From positions 1-64,000 of the forward strand of contig JAAILG010001457.1 of the NCBI GenBank assembly GCA_012026655.1: a stretch of DNA of 64,000 nt, written 5' to 3'. This document shows positions 40,097-52,773 of the stretch, one piece after another; the first letter of the stretch is position 1; every line of letters begins with the position of its first letter. The stretch comes from Hydrolagus affinis. Lineage: Eukaryota. Below the pieces are notes generated by a model, which worked only from the letters and a program-made list of their open reading frames with translations, was not told where the DNA came from and searched no databases. Made by a program: the position numbers and the translations under genes.

Positions 40097-40855
40097 CCGC
40101 GAGATTTAAAGTGTTTAAACATTTGTTATAGCGAACGCAGCCTTTGTTAAGCAGAGAAGTGGTACAAATAAAAACCCTCGTTATAGTGAAGTTTCGGTAA
40201 CTGGGCGTTTGGTAAGCGGGATCTACCTGTACGTATAGTAGTTGTACATCATCTGTAACTAGGTAATGCAACCAGATGTAATTCTTAAACATAGTTTGCT
40301 ACTATATGTCCTATCTGTCTGTCTTTTGTCTCTTGGAACATCAGCAACACAATCAATCAAAACTTACATTTATAAAGCGCCTTTGACTTCGAGAGGACGT
40401 TCCAAGGAGCTGAACAGTCAGGTCAGGACTGTTCTGGGGCTTTTCTTTAGGTGAATGAATCCTATGATTCAAATTGTAGCATTTGATGCCCCTTTATACT
40501 CTTGGAACAAACACTTTAGCAATAGAACTGATAACATAGCAGTCAGTCTGATTCATTTGGTAACCTCTGAGTCAGAGGTTTGCAGGAATATGAACAGCAT
40601 TGTAGAAAGTACATCAAGTAGGACACAGGGTTGGAATTATCCATCATTTCCTAAATTGTCCAAACATCCTGCTGACACTCACTGTCTCAGCACATGCATG
40701 AATAAAATAGCCACTTGGGAAAATTGCATTTAGGGGCCTGGCATTGAGTGCACATCAAAAGTCAACACTTTCAGCAGAGAAAGGAAGAAACAAATGCTGC
40801 AAATTCCTGCAATTCTCCCTTATTGACAAATGAAAGACAATAGATTATAATGCTA

Positions 40856-41923
40856 TCAATAATAATAATACTCCTTGAACTTGATATAGCTCTTTCACAT
40901 CTTCTAGATGTCTCAAAGCGCTTTACAGAATATACTGTAAAGTGAATTAACTGTATATATGTGGATAAAATACAGTAGCCAATTTCAGTCAACAGTGTCC
41001 CAAAAACAGTTGTGGATTGAGTGACAAAATTAGGATTTAATTTTATTTCTTGATGTTAAGATATACTTTTGTGGAGCCAGTCATTGATGAGTAGTTTTCG
41101 GGAACATTGCTAACACAAATTACAACCATTAAACATACTAACCACAATTAGTTGATTTGTGTAGCAGGATGTAAGGACAAAGGGAAAGGGAGTCCTGAGA
41201 TAGGAGAAGGTTGCCACAAGCTGATAACATTGATGCCTTGCACTCCTTGCACAAACATAGAAAAGAAACAACTCATCCTCCACTAAACATCTGCTAGCCT
41301 GATTCTTTGTTCTTTAAGTTAGAGACGGCACTGGCTTTGGGAAGAAGAGAGTTGTCAGGTAACTCAATTATCTAAAAGAACGGAATCAGATTAACAGGTT
41401 TTTGTACAAGGAGGTGTAAGGGTCAAGTATGTGGCAGCCACCTAATTGGTGAAACCAAGGGGCAGATCCAGGGGGCAAAAGGGTATAATTGCCATGGTTT
41501 GGGAGTATTGAGTATCAAACTCAGCCGAGACGAGAAGCAGACCCAGCTAAGGGAAAGAGAACCACTGCAACTTACTGCTCCAAAACCAGTAGTACATGTT
41601 ACCTGTAACATTATTATTTTGTTACATGTAGCATTACTGTTATTTTACTGGTTTTGTACTTGTTACTTTTGATTAATAAAATTAATTGGATTGTCAAATC
41701 ATATTTTGAACCTTGGGATCGGAAATTTGTAATAAAATCTCTATTGCACCTTAATTGAATTGTCGGATCATATTCCAAACCTCGGGATCGGAAATCCCAA
41801 CATTGAGGGATTATTATTAGGCATCTGAGTGAAGAAACTTGCCTAGTTTTCACGTTGCTGGGAATCAAACCCAGGTCTCTCACTTATGAGGAGAGAGCTC
41901 TAACTACTGAGCTACAGGACTCC
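40856..41923 (-). mobile_element. tRNA-derived SINE split by a solo LTR (tail 40856-41053, head 41803-41923)
   Basis: removing the LTR and one TTGA restores tttcttgagggattattattagg, as in intact copies (e.g. ~30065). Confidence 0.88.
41054..41802 (+). mobile_element. solo LTR (ERV or Gypsy)
   Basis: TGTT...AACA termini, TTGA TSD (41050-41053, 41803-41806), TATAA at 41484, AATAAA at 41675 and 41731. Confidence 0.85.
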
Positions 41924-42494
41924 CATCAACACATGAAATTATTCACCACATATCCATCTCTCCTTTAATGACATATTCCCCTTGACATATAATTTTAGTG
42001 ATAAGTGTGGACTAGGTAACTTCATTATGTAAGAGTCAATTCATGGATATATTTAAGCAAGATAAGATTAATTGAATGCATTATTTGAACTGCATTTCAG
42101 TTTAATTGTAATGATGTTACAATTTAAATGCACGTCCCATTTAATACAGACACTAGTTCATGGGCACAAGTAAAATTAGAAGAATTTTGGATTGATTCTA
42201 TGTCTCATTGATTTACTATCGTATAACACAAAGTAGAGATAATGTTCTCACATATCAATTACATTTTTAAGAACAAAACATTACATTAGTTATGACAAGG
42301 TGCACATAATTTTCCAAATCATATAGAAGACTGTAAAAGTAAATTAGCACTCCAAATAAAGATATACCTTTTAATGCAATTTAAATGTAAATGTCCTTCA
42401 ATATCCAATTATTTCTTAAATCATAATCATAAATTTATTTGAAGGGTTATGAAGATTTCTTTAAATGAATACATCATTGTAATCATGCCTATAT

Positions 42495-42903
42495 GCAGGG
42501 GTGCTGTCCTTTGAATGAAATGTTAAACTAAGGTCCCACCTGCCTGTTCAGGTGGATAAATGTTGAAAATCCCATTACACTATTTGAAAACGAGAGTTTT
42601 TCTCAGTGTCCTGACCAACAATCCCCCAAATAAAACTGAATGTATTTCATGGCGATTAGTGGGTTATTGTTGTAGGTAAATTGGCCGTGTGTTTCCCTAC
42701 AAATTTCACACGTACCCACTTTATGTGAAACTCTATGAAAAGTTTTCCTGACATGAGGGGCACTGTAACACATTCATGTATTATGTCTGATTTTTCCCAC
42801 AAAATATACAGTAAATTCACTTTACAGTATATTCTGTGAAGCACTTTTTGATGTCTTAAAGACAAGATAAGCCACTATATCAAATGCAAGATTTATTATT
42901 ATG
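42495..42903 (+). mobile_element. Deu-domain SINE plus SINE tail
   Basis: ggtgctgtcctttgaatgaaatgttaaactaaggtcccacctgcctgttcaggtgga; tail ending atttattatt. Confidence 0.8.
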
Positions 42904-43119
42904 TTTGCCTTAAATTTAATCATATCATGTTTGTTAACTAAGTATAATGGTGTCTTTATGCAAAAAAAACTAGAATATACTATTAGTCTGTGAGTGGGCA
43001 GATAGATTAATTTAGAAGTCTTGATCTCTGATTATTGATGAAAATTATAATTGTATTATAATTGTGAGATGTGTAGGGGTAAATATAAACTTTTTTATTT
43101 TTATTGATTATACAGCTGC

Positions 43120-43570
43120 ACAAGCTCGAAATCATCACCATAGACCACATTTTCATTCTAAGCCCATCGACACCATCCTCAGCAGCCTTCACTTGTTCTG
43201 TATTCCCTTCTGGATTGACTTTAATATCCTCACTCTTACCCCACATACCTCCTTGACCTCCTTGAACAACTTTATCTTTAAAATCTCCTGTGCTCCTACA
43301 GTCTGTCAACCAAAGTCTGTCCTACAGTCTATCTGTGAACCAAACCCTGCTTCATTTCCATCACATCCTCAGTGGCTAAGCTTTCAGTCACTTTTCTCCC
43401 ACTCTCTGGAACTCCCTAAAGCCCTCGGACACATTCTCTCCCTCTTTGCTCTCAAAACTTAATTCAAAAGCTGTATCTTTGTATTTCAGGCCAATTTCTG
43501 CCTACCAGTAATCTCTTGTATCTTGCTTGGACTTCCACTCCATCTTTATTAAACACTTTGAGACATTCTT
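43120..43570 (+). mobile_element. decayed L2 3' fragment
   Basis: WIDFNILTL motif; ctctggaactccct. Confidence 0.6.
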
Positions 43571-44429
43571 CTACATAGTAAATGTTTGATTTCTACAGTA
43601 TTCGGTTAATTTATTAATTGCTTCTTAAGCATCAACCACTCAATATTTGCATTATCATGGGCTCCCATATCTTTATTAATGCCAGGACAATCCCCATGGT
43701 AAGATATAGTGTTCAGGCGCTAATATGATTTTATCAGCATTTTGTTAAAAACAGCATTTACTCATAACTCCAGGCCACAAAATCAATTCATTGCTGATGA
43801 TATTTTAAGTACATTTTTGGATTGCTTCATTTAAAATTGTATGAAATTGCTTTCTTCTATTTTCCCATAGAACTTTGCGAGGTGTATGCCTTTCTTTATT
43901 CTGAAAGTACATAAACTGTAAAGGTGCCATTTAATGTTCACAATTTATTTAATTAACCATAAAAGTGAACTCGCAATTTCACTCAAGGGATCTCACAAAC
44001 GTTCATTCATACACATTCATAAATTAACCACAATCAATTCAGCTCAAGAGTTCCACTATTGAATGCAATCTCATACTAGGCAAGGATAGGCTGATTATAT
44101 TCCTTCTACAATCAGCTTTATCATTTATATTTTTAGACAAATGGTTTTTAATAAACTCATACGTTTATACTCATACATAAATAAAACTAACACTTTAAAT
44201 GGAGAGAAGAACTGAACTCCTTCCACGATCTACACAACCATTCACAACCAATTTCATTCTGATGAACAATCCCTGAAGTCTATCTTTTCCAAAATAAATG
44301 TTGTTTGGGTGATGACATGCATGTGTGTTTGACACACAATCAATGGTTCACAAAATAGGTGAACAACATTTTGAAATCAAATCAACTGGAATTACTATTT
44401 GCATATTAATCCTCATTGGGACTTTGAAC

Positions 44430-44760
44430 TAACAGTTCAGGCTGACACTCCAGTGCAATACTGGGGAAGTGCTGCTTTACCCTAGGTATCATTGTTCACA
44501 TTAAACATCAAACTGAGGTTCCATTTGTCTGTTCACATAAATGTTAAAGAGCCCATGACACTATAAAAATAAAATGGGATTGTTTTCCCAAGGTCCTGCC
44601 ATCAATTCTCCAGATAATTCATTTCATAGCTATCATTTCATAGCTATGTCCAAACTAGCTACTACCTTTACCCACAAATATCGTCCTACCTCAATTATCT
44701 GTAAAGAATTTTCAGATGTTTCTGTAATATAGCCATGTGCTAAAAACAATAGTATTATAC
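44430..44760 (+). mobile_element. decayed Deu-domain SINE
   Basis: caggctgacactccagtgcaatactgggga; aaactgaggttcc..tgttca..aatgttaaagagcccatgacac. Confidence 0.6.
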
Positions 44761-45299
44761 TCCCAATTTTCACTCTACATTGACCAATTATACTGGAGGC
44801 CATTCTTCACTCCTGAAGATGTCAATTTAAAGTCTTATTCAGAGAACTGGAGCACTGAAGGAATCAATAATTATATCTCTTTCACTTGTGTGAAATTGTC
44901 CATAACTGGTTGCAGAATTTCTAAACATTAAGAGGTGGGTGTTCCACTGAAAAAAGATAAAAAATAAAGTTGAACATTTAATATCTAAATGATATACTTT
45001 ACATCTGGGTATTTCTTTAACGTATGAATATGCTTGGAGGATTACAGCGGAAAAGCATATGTGTTGTACTAAAAAAGGAAACATAAATATGGTAGATAAT
45101 GTGGGACTGAAGATCAGAATTTTCCGTAATGGATATGTGCAATTTTACAGAGGGCCATGTCATATCGTGGAAGTCTCAGTGTATTTCACAAGATTTTAGT
45201 GGAAATTGTGGCAATTATGTATTTGCCAGCAAAATAATTGATAACGGGTGAGTATCTACTTAAGCAAATAGAGCTACTTTCATCATATCCAGACTAGGC

Positions 45300-45680
45300 T
45301 ATACCAACTATCTACTCACTGGACATTCCAACTTTTCTCTCCACAAGTTGCAAACTATCCGGAACTCTGCAACTTGTGTCTCTCATACACTAGGCTCTGT
45401 TAGCAAATCTCCATCCTCACCCAGCTCCACCGGCTCCCCCAACCCCAGAGGATTGAGTTCAAGATCCTCATTCAATCTTTTTTAAGTCACTCCTTGGTCT
45501 TACCCCACCCTCCTTCTGCACTCTTTTTAAACCTACCATCCTACTGCTTGCTTTGATCAGCACGCACTGGTCTGCTTCACAGGGCTAGAGAAATAGTGAT
45601 GTGTGAATATCTTAGATATTAAGGGAGTCCTATTTGCTTGATTATGTTAAATATATACAAATGTAATTTTGTTGTTGTTG
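45300..45680 (+). mobile_element. decayed L2 fragment
   Basis: cagaggattgagttcaagatcctc; tail aatgtaattttgttgttgttg. Confidence 0.65.
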
Positions 45681-48154
45681 TAAAGGTAATATTCATACAG
45701 AACTTTCCTATGAGAAGAAATGGTGGGGTGAGTAAATCCAGTAACTTCATATAACCTGAATAACCCCCATTAGTGATCACAGAATGGAGCCACACAAATC
45801 ACAACACTTGAGTCCTGCTCCACAAGATGCCAATTTATAAGAAAAATTTTATACATTCTTATGCTCTTCATCCGGAACAAAATAGTTGTTAAGTTCAGAA
45901 AAAACACAGGAACAAGGCAGAAGATTCAAGTCAATTAATTTTTAATTGGATATAAATTCCCAATGAAAATGTGGTCATTTGTGTAGTTTATCATTAAAGG
46001 AATATGGGTGGTGTGGGTGGCATATGCAAAACTCTTGTCTGGTTTGCATACTCTTAAGCATGTATTGGTCTATTAGCCTGCTGATCAAAATGAATGCCCC
46101 ACTTTGGATAAATACATTCTCTTGCTCTTAATCTTGGCAGACTAAGTTAATTGTGAGAATTAATGAGAACATCTTATGATAAGCATATTCCACCAATGCC
46201 AGTTATATTCGCTATAGAAGTCAATATTATCCTCTTGCCTATTGAGGTCATTACATTCTCTAATAAATGAACATTCCCCCACTTTCCTGGATTAGAATCC
46301 ATTTAATTAGATCATAATATAGGGTGCTGATTACATTAAAACAATTTAATTTGTTGTTTATTTGCAATCACATTGCAAAAGTAAACTAGCTTCTTACTCA
46401 TTGAATTACCCCAGTATGGCATAGTACAAAATATTTGTTATTAACTCAGAATATTGTACAAGACATTTGTGAAGGAATTATAGAAAGACTAATAGGAAGA
46501 CTAATCCAAAGAATTAATGGTATAGACCCACTCAAAAAGCGATTAAACTAAACTACAAAAGTGTCTAATGATTTATATGTTGATATCTTCCCATATTTTC
46601 ATGGAAATTTCAAAGGATCACAGTACAATTACCAGAGAAGTCTGGCAATCATTAGGAAACTGTTGACAGCAGGTTTGAAATCATTTATCATATAGATCTA
46701 TTTTGCTAAAAGACAAAAAGTTTGAAGAGTCATCCTAATTATGGGCAATAACTGAAAAGAAAATCAATATGATCATTCAGAAAGAATGTAACCTCAGAGT
46801 CATGCATTTATATTAGGCATTATATTATGTAAAGCACAGTTGATTGGCATCTATTCATTGCTAAATATCAGGACAGTGGGGGAAACTATTTAAAGATGTC
46901 TCTATCTTTTACTATAGTTAATAGGAATATGCCACTGATTAATATTACAAGCATATACATATTACAATGCTAAATCAGACCATTGGTAGGAATGATCATA
47001 TTACATTTGCAATGGAAAAGACTGATATTACTATGAAGCTCATTAACTTTGTTAACTTTGTTAATGATAGTATTGGATCACAGAATTGACAGAAGCAATA
47101 ATAGTTAAAGAAGAACATTTTCAGTTTAACTCTCAAAATGTTAGGCCATTAATACAACAGGATTCATTATCAACAGTATTTCTTTGGTAAATTAGTCAAG
47201 TTGCATCTAAGCAAGTAAATTATCAATTTTATCATTTTTATCCAAAAATATGTTAATACTGTGAGGAACAAATTTTTTTCAATAACAGTATTGGTTCAGT
47301 CTGCAAAACTGTAGATTGGGGAAGGAGAGAGTGCAAATGTTATTTTTCCTCACCCAATGGTACCTGAAATATAACTACAATACAAAACAATACAAAACAA
47401 ATTCAAAGTTATCCTAGAAGCTAATTGTTTTTTAAAAATCCATTGTTTAAAAGTCAAAATATCATCAAGCTCAAAACAAAGCGACAGAAGAATTAACAGA
47501 TGTGCTATCTCAAAATCATTCCGTTTTACACCCTGATAAAAATGCAAATTTTGGCCTTCTACTGATTACTAGAAACAGTCAACAACACACAATAACAATC
47601 ACATTCAAATAGTTATAAAATGCTCTGGTCTGCTATTAGGTCTGCTCTCCTTCCTTTTGTGAATCCTATATGTGACACAAACAATCCATGCGTGTGTGCC
47701 TCAGAAAAATGCTCAGGATAAATTGTGCCTGTGAACATTACACACTGGAATAATTGGAACCTTAAAGTTCAAATGATTCCAATTTATTACATAGTCAGTA
47801 AGGCAAGTGAGGGAGTTCAGAAAAATAAATATTACAGTCAGTAAGAAGCAGTTCCTGTATGTAAGGTAGGCTAACTAGGTAAAAAATAAATAATGAAATC
47901 TTGTAATGATACATATATAATTGGAGAAACATAAAAAGGCACATACTGTTAGTCTAACAGATCAAACTGCAAAGGTTGTGATAACAGATGCTGGAAGGCA
48001 TTACTTGGAGTCCCAGTTTGTGAATACACACAAACTGTGTGAATCCAGTGCTTGGAATCCATCTTGATTGGTATGCAGAGAAGTAAGCAGCTGCTGCTCA
48101 ATCTTCACACCTCCAACTGGTGGAATTATTATTCAGGATGTGTGATCGAGCTTT

Positions 48155-48305
48155 CATAGAATCATAGGATTTTTACAGCACAGATAGAGGCCATTAAGCC
48201 CATCAAAACTGTGCCAAATCTTTGAAAAGAGATATTCAAAGTGAATCCCACTCCCTTGTTCTCTCCCCATAACCCCGCAAACTTGTCCTCCACAAATAAC
48301 CATCC
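48155..48305 (-). mobile_element. CR1 3' end
   Basis: catagaatcatagga...gaggccattaagccca. Confidence 0.8.
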
Positions 48306-50289
48306 ACCCCTCTATGGGCAGGAAGATCCATGAGCAAGGCGCTCATGGATTTTATACTGAGCTGTGATGTTTACCAAGGAGCTTGCAGTGAGTTCCTGCT
48401 ATCTGCAATCCACCTAGTGAGGGTCAAACCTGTGTTAACCAGATGTCAAGGGTCCAAACTTTGACTATCCACGGGGGTTATATGGAATGCCAAAATCAAT
48501 CAACCCTCTGTAGCTGTCTTGGTAGATGGATTCCTGAGACAGATGGTTTTGTAATGCTCCAGGGCACTATTGATGTCAGCCAGCTTGGCTCATCATTAGG
48601 ACTTGGAGTCACTTGGGGTAGGATTATCCTCACAAAGGTGCTGTTGGCCCTACAAATCAAAACATTAATGGGTATGGTGGTCCTAACTGGAAACAGCACC
48701 AGTAAAGTTGTCTAATTGTACATTCAGTAGAAGGCTATGTAGTTTTAGCTGGTTAAATTCTATCAGTACCTCAACATGCACCCAGGATCCGCAATTCTTG
48801 GGTCTTGCCAACTTGTCCCTAATGTTCTTTGGAATTAGGCTGCAAGGTGTATACCTCTGAAGAGAAAGTGCATATTCTATTCCAAACTTGGGAGTTTTGA
48901 TGCCTAGGTGGCATATATAAAACTCTCAGTCTGGTTTGGATACGCTTAAGCATGATAATTAGTTTCCACATGTGCCAGACACCTGAATAACAAAATTAGA
49001 AGACTTCAAGTAGTACATAGAGCATGGATCTGCAATGAACACAAAACAATTCTGTATAAGACTATATTTTCCCACATGATTGAGTGGTGGTGATTCCTCG
49101 ATTGTTAGTGCATTTGCAGAGCTCGTCAGGAAAGCTTGTTTCACTCTCACTGACTGTAAATTTGCCAACTTTGGAGGAGTGAGCTTTCAAACCAATTATA
49201 GCTGGGTGTAAATGATATTACCAAGAGAAAATGAAATCAATAAGTGTACCAGATCGAAACGGGGTTATTTGACATGTTGACCCAAGTTCATGCACAAGGC
49301 AATTAAACTTGTGAATAGAACTTTAAGTGTCAGGTGCTGCCTAAGGAGTATATTCTTCACTTTTCCTAAGTGCACCAGAACGTCTGCTAAAGTACTAGTT
49401 CTGAACAGCTTTTTCTGTAAAGCATTGTGGAGCAGCTAGACCTATTGAAATCTGGGATAGTGTGCTGAGCTTTAATCAACTGCACATTATTGTACTTTGC
49501 TGCATTCCAAATGGGAGCAGTGGTAGAGCTTGTGTGCTGATGGAAGAGTAGAGGGTAATGAGGGAAAAGAGGCTGCAGCTGGCCTCAGGTTCTCCCAAGT
49601 CAGAGCTGCATGGGGAAGAAGCAGTCTGTGCAGTGAATTAGGCTGCTTCCAGATGTTGTAACCGAGATATGTAATTTAATTGTACAAGATTTGGCATTCA
49701 AATCCTTGCTCACAGAATGCCTGTTGATGGCATTGCATGTTATTGCATTACATTAAAATTACTAATTTTTTTTAGACCATTGGGTATTTCGGGCAGCTGC
49801 TGAGAATTTCTACAACTTGAGTTAGGCATCAATAAGTAGTTATGGTGACGATGTCCATTGCACAAAGAATCTGTCATACTGATCTTGTATTTCTTTCAAT
49901 GTTGTGCCTTATCACGTCAAGATATATAATAATACTATTTGCAATTGATATATCACCGTATATTTCCAACTGATATTAACAACAAAAACAACAACTTAAG
50001 AATATAAGAATTTGCTATCTGAAAGAAGATCAAGGTCCATCTAATTCACCTTGTAACTTCCTGGCAGTCACTTGACAAGTTGTATCCCAAATAATATACT
50101 GTATCCTGAGATTTTTTTTTCGCAGAAATCTATGTTATATATTATTGAAACAAATGATGCTTTATGCTTCCACCATAGGGTGACTGTTCCTGAAGAAGTG
50201 TTTCAGCAGATTTGTTCTGAATTTATCCCCTTCCAATCACAGACAATGTCCTCTGGTGCTACTGTTCAGTATAAGCTTCTCAGTATTAG

Positions 50290-50830
50290 AACTTGCAATT
50301 ACATATGCAGCAATCTTCATTTAGTGAGCATCTCAGAGTGCTTAACAATAGTTGTGGTTTGGCTCTGTGCTAAAAAGGAAGGGAGGTGGGTGATGAAAAG
50401 CATGGTCAGATAAATTCAGGTGTGATTTGAAGATGGGCAAAGAGAGGGCAAGACAAAAGGATTGGGGCATAGAATTTTAGAATTTGAGGGCATGATGACT
50501 GAAAACACGGCCACGAATTGATGGAATAAAGCGGGCAAGGAATATGCAAAGGGCATGAACCAACTGAGAGGAGACAAGGGATTATAGAAGTGGGGAGATG
50601 CAAAGATGTGAAATGATTTGAAAGTGAGAGTGAGGAAATCATTCTGTTCTGCAACAGCAAGTCAGTGGAGCCTTCTCAGGTTTGAGGTGATGGGGGTGCA
50701 TAGACTGCTGTCGTTAAGGATATGGGCTGCAGAGTTTTGTGTTATTTGAACCATATTTATAGTGAAGTTGGGGAGACAGCCATTGGAAAAATTGCGGTAG
50801 GAGGTTAGAAATGTATGCGTGTGGGTATCA
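50290..50830 (-). mobile_element. decayed L2 fragment
   Basis: purine-rich antisense L2 ORF2 end and tail remnant. Confidence 0.6.
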
Positions 50831-51077
50831 AGAGTTCAAAGGATGTTTCATATCACTCATTCGACTGTGAGCACACCCTTCCCCAGTGGCAGAAAAAAGT
50901 CAAACTGATTTTATTACTTTAAAGTATCAATGGTTTATGAATTTTGGTTGAGGATAATCCATATAAATACCAAACGTTTAGTAATCATCCATGATGCTTC
51001 CATACATTGAATATCATATGTATAAGGTTTCTTTGAACATCCAGCTCTTTTGAATGACTAAATCATTAAAGATGCAT

Positions 51078-51392
51078 GGAGTCCTGAGCTCAATGGGTGG
51101 AACACTTGCCTCACTGGCAAGAGACCTGTGGTTGATTCCCAGCAGGGTGAAACCTTGGGCAAGTTTCCTTACTCAACATGCCTGGTAATAATCCCTCATG
51201 AAAAAAACAATAATACAAATTGTCACTTCAATCCACGACTGTTTCATAATTGCTTTATGCAATTACCTGGCATGTTTCACCCACGAATCTACAGTCAATT
51301 CACTTTACAGTATATTCTGTGAAGCGCTTTGAGACATCTAGAAAACATGAAAAGTGCTATATTAAATACAATGATTATTATTGTTATTATAT
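51078..51392 (+). mobile_element. full-length tRNA-derived SINE
   Basis: GGAGTCCTGAGCTCAATGG...GGTTGATTCCC...(TTA)n. Confidence 0.9.
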
Positions 51393-52310
51393 ATTATGTA
51401 TAATTAATCTTTACGCTTTGGTTATTCACTCATCTTTGGCATTCCGAGAAACTATCCAAAATTGAATCAGGCCATGAATATAATCTCCTTAAAGCATTAT
51501 TATTATTATTTCAACAAATGTTGTGCAAGGAAATTACAATTGAGGCTTAAAGTCAAAGACAAAGAACCATGCTAGATTCATCGCTACATTCTTCACAAGG
51601 GTGTTGTACCATTTCTAATAGGGTGATTAATTGAATTATCACTGCAGCTCTAACAAGTACAAATAACTGAAGTGATAATGAATCCAGGCATAATACTGCA
51701 TGTAATCTGCATGAATTTGATACCAAATATCATTGCTTTAATTGGTTAAATGGGCCAAATTAAAATAATTCTAAATGAAAATGATTTAATTCCCAAACAA
51801 TATGTAAATTTTTTTTATTTATATTTGTAATCCTCTGTATTTAAATTATTTTTTGATTCTTTAAAATAAAAATGCATCATCAGCCTCAAATCCTCTTTGG
51901 AGCTAAGTTCAACTTGTCATCGTATGTATAAGTCATTTGTCAGAGATCTCATGTGATTACTTGGCAATCAGACTTTCTGGTGTTGATTTAATAACTCTTC
52001 CTCAGAGCCTGAAAAAGAGTAGGGGTAGCTCTTCCGAACATGACCAGCTGGTAGGCTATATATTATTTAGCTGACTTAGGCTTTGTATGTCCTTATGAAA
52101 AATCCAATAGCACTTTCAAATTGCCTTATAGAATGATGACTCGGAGCGATGTGGGCAGGAAGTTAATAACTAACTTCATGTATTGAGCTTATGTCAAGAT
52201 TAATGAATGTTTGTCATTAAAATGAGAAGTCCCAGCACAGAGAATAGTACAGTGATGATCCATTAATTAATGTTTCTACATATTTTAACTGAATTGGGAC
52301 ATCCAATTGT

Positions 52311-52771
52311 CATAGAATCATTGAAATACAAAGCACAGAAGGAGGCCATTCTACCCTTCATTTCTGTACCGCCTCCTTGGAAAGAGCTGTCCAAATCAAC
52401 CCCAGTTCCCTGTTCTCTCCCCGTAGCTCTGCAAACCCGTCCTCCCAAAAAAATTCTCCTCACCTCCACTCTGTTTCCTTTAACAACTATTTTAAATTAG
52501 TGTCTTCGGGTTACTGACCCACTCACCAGTGGAAATTGTTTTTCCTTGTTCACCCTATCAAATCCCCTGATAAAATGTCTATCAAATCTCCTCTTAATGT
52601 TCTCTGCTCCAAGGAGAATTATGCTAGTTTATCTAGCCTTTCCTCATAACAGTGGTTTGTGCACTTGCCTTACAAGCATAAGACCTGTGTTCGAATCCAG
52701 GCAGATCAGGGCGAAACCCTGGGCAAGTTTCCTAACAAAAATTTGTCTAAATAAACCCCCCAAAAATACAA
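52311..52771. mobile_element. CR1 3' end (minus, ~52311-52650) joined to a SINE head (plus, ~52650-52771)
   Basis: catagaatcat...ggaggccattc; gttcgaatccaggcagatcagggcgaaaccctgggcaagtttcc. Confidence 0.7.
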
Positions 52772-52773
52772 TA

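Larger units (their letters stand above)
39387..40229. mobile_element. Tigger/pogo-like non-autonomous DNA transposon spanning the gap
   Basis: TA-CAGGTAGACCCTGCTT ... AAGCGGGATCTACCTG-TA (14/16 TIR match); repeated GTTAAGCG-like subterminal motifs. Confidence 0.8.

Noticed and set aside
46380-47260. Possible DNA-transposase relic (RVILIMGNN resembling pogo LLxxDN)
   Set aside because: Single weak motif, no termini or collinear support
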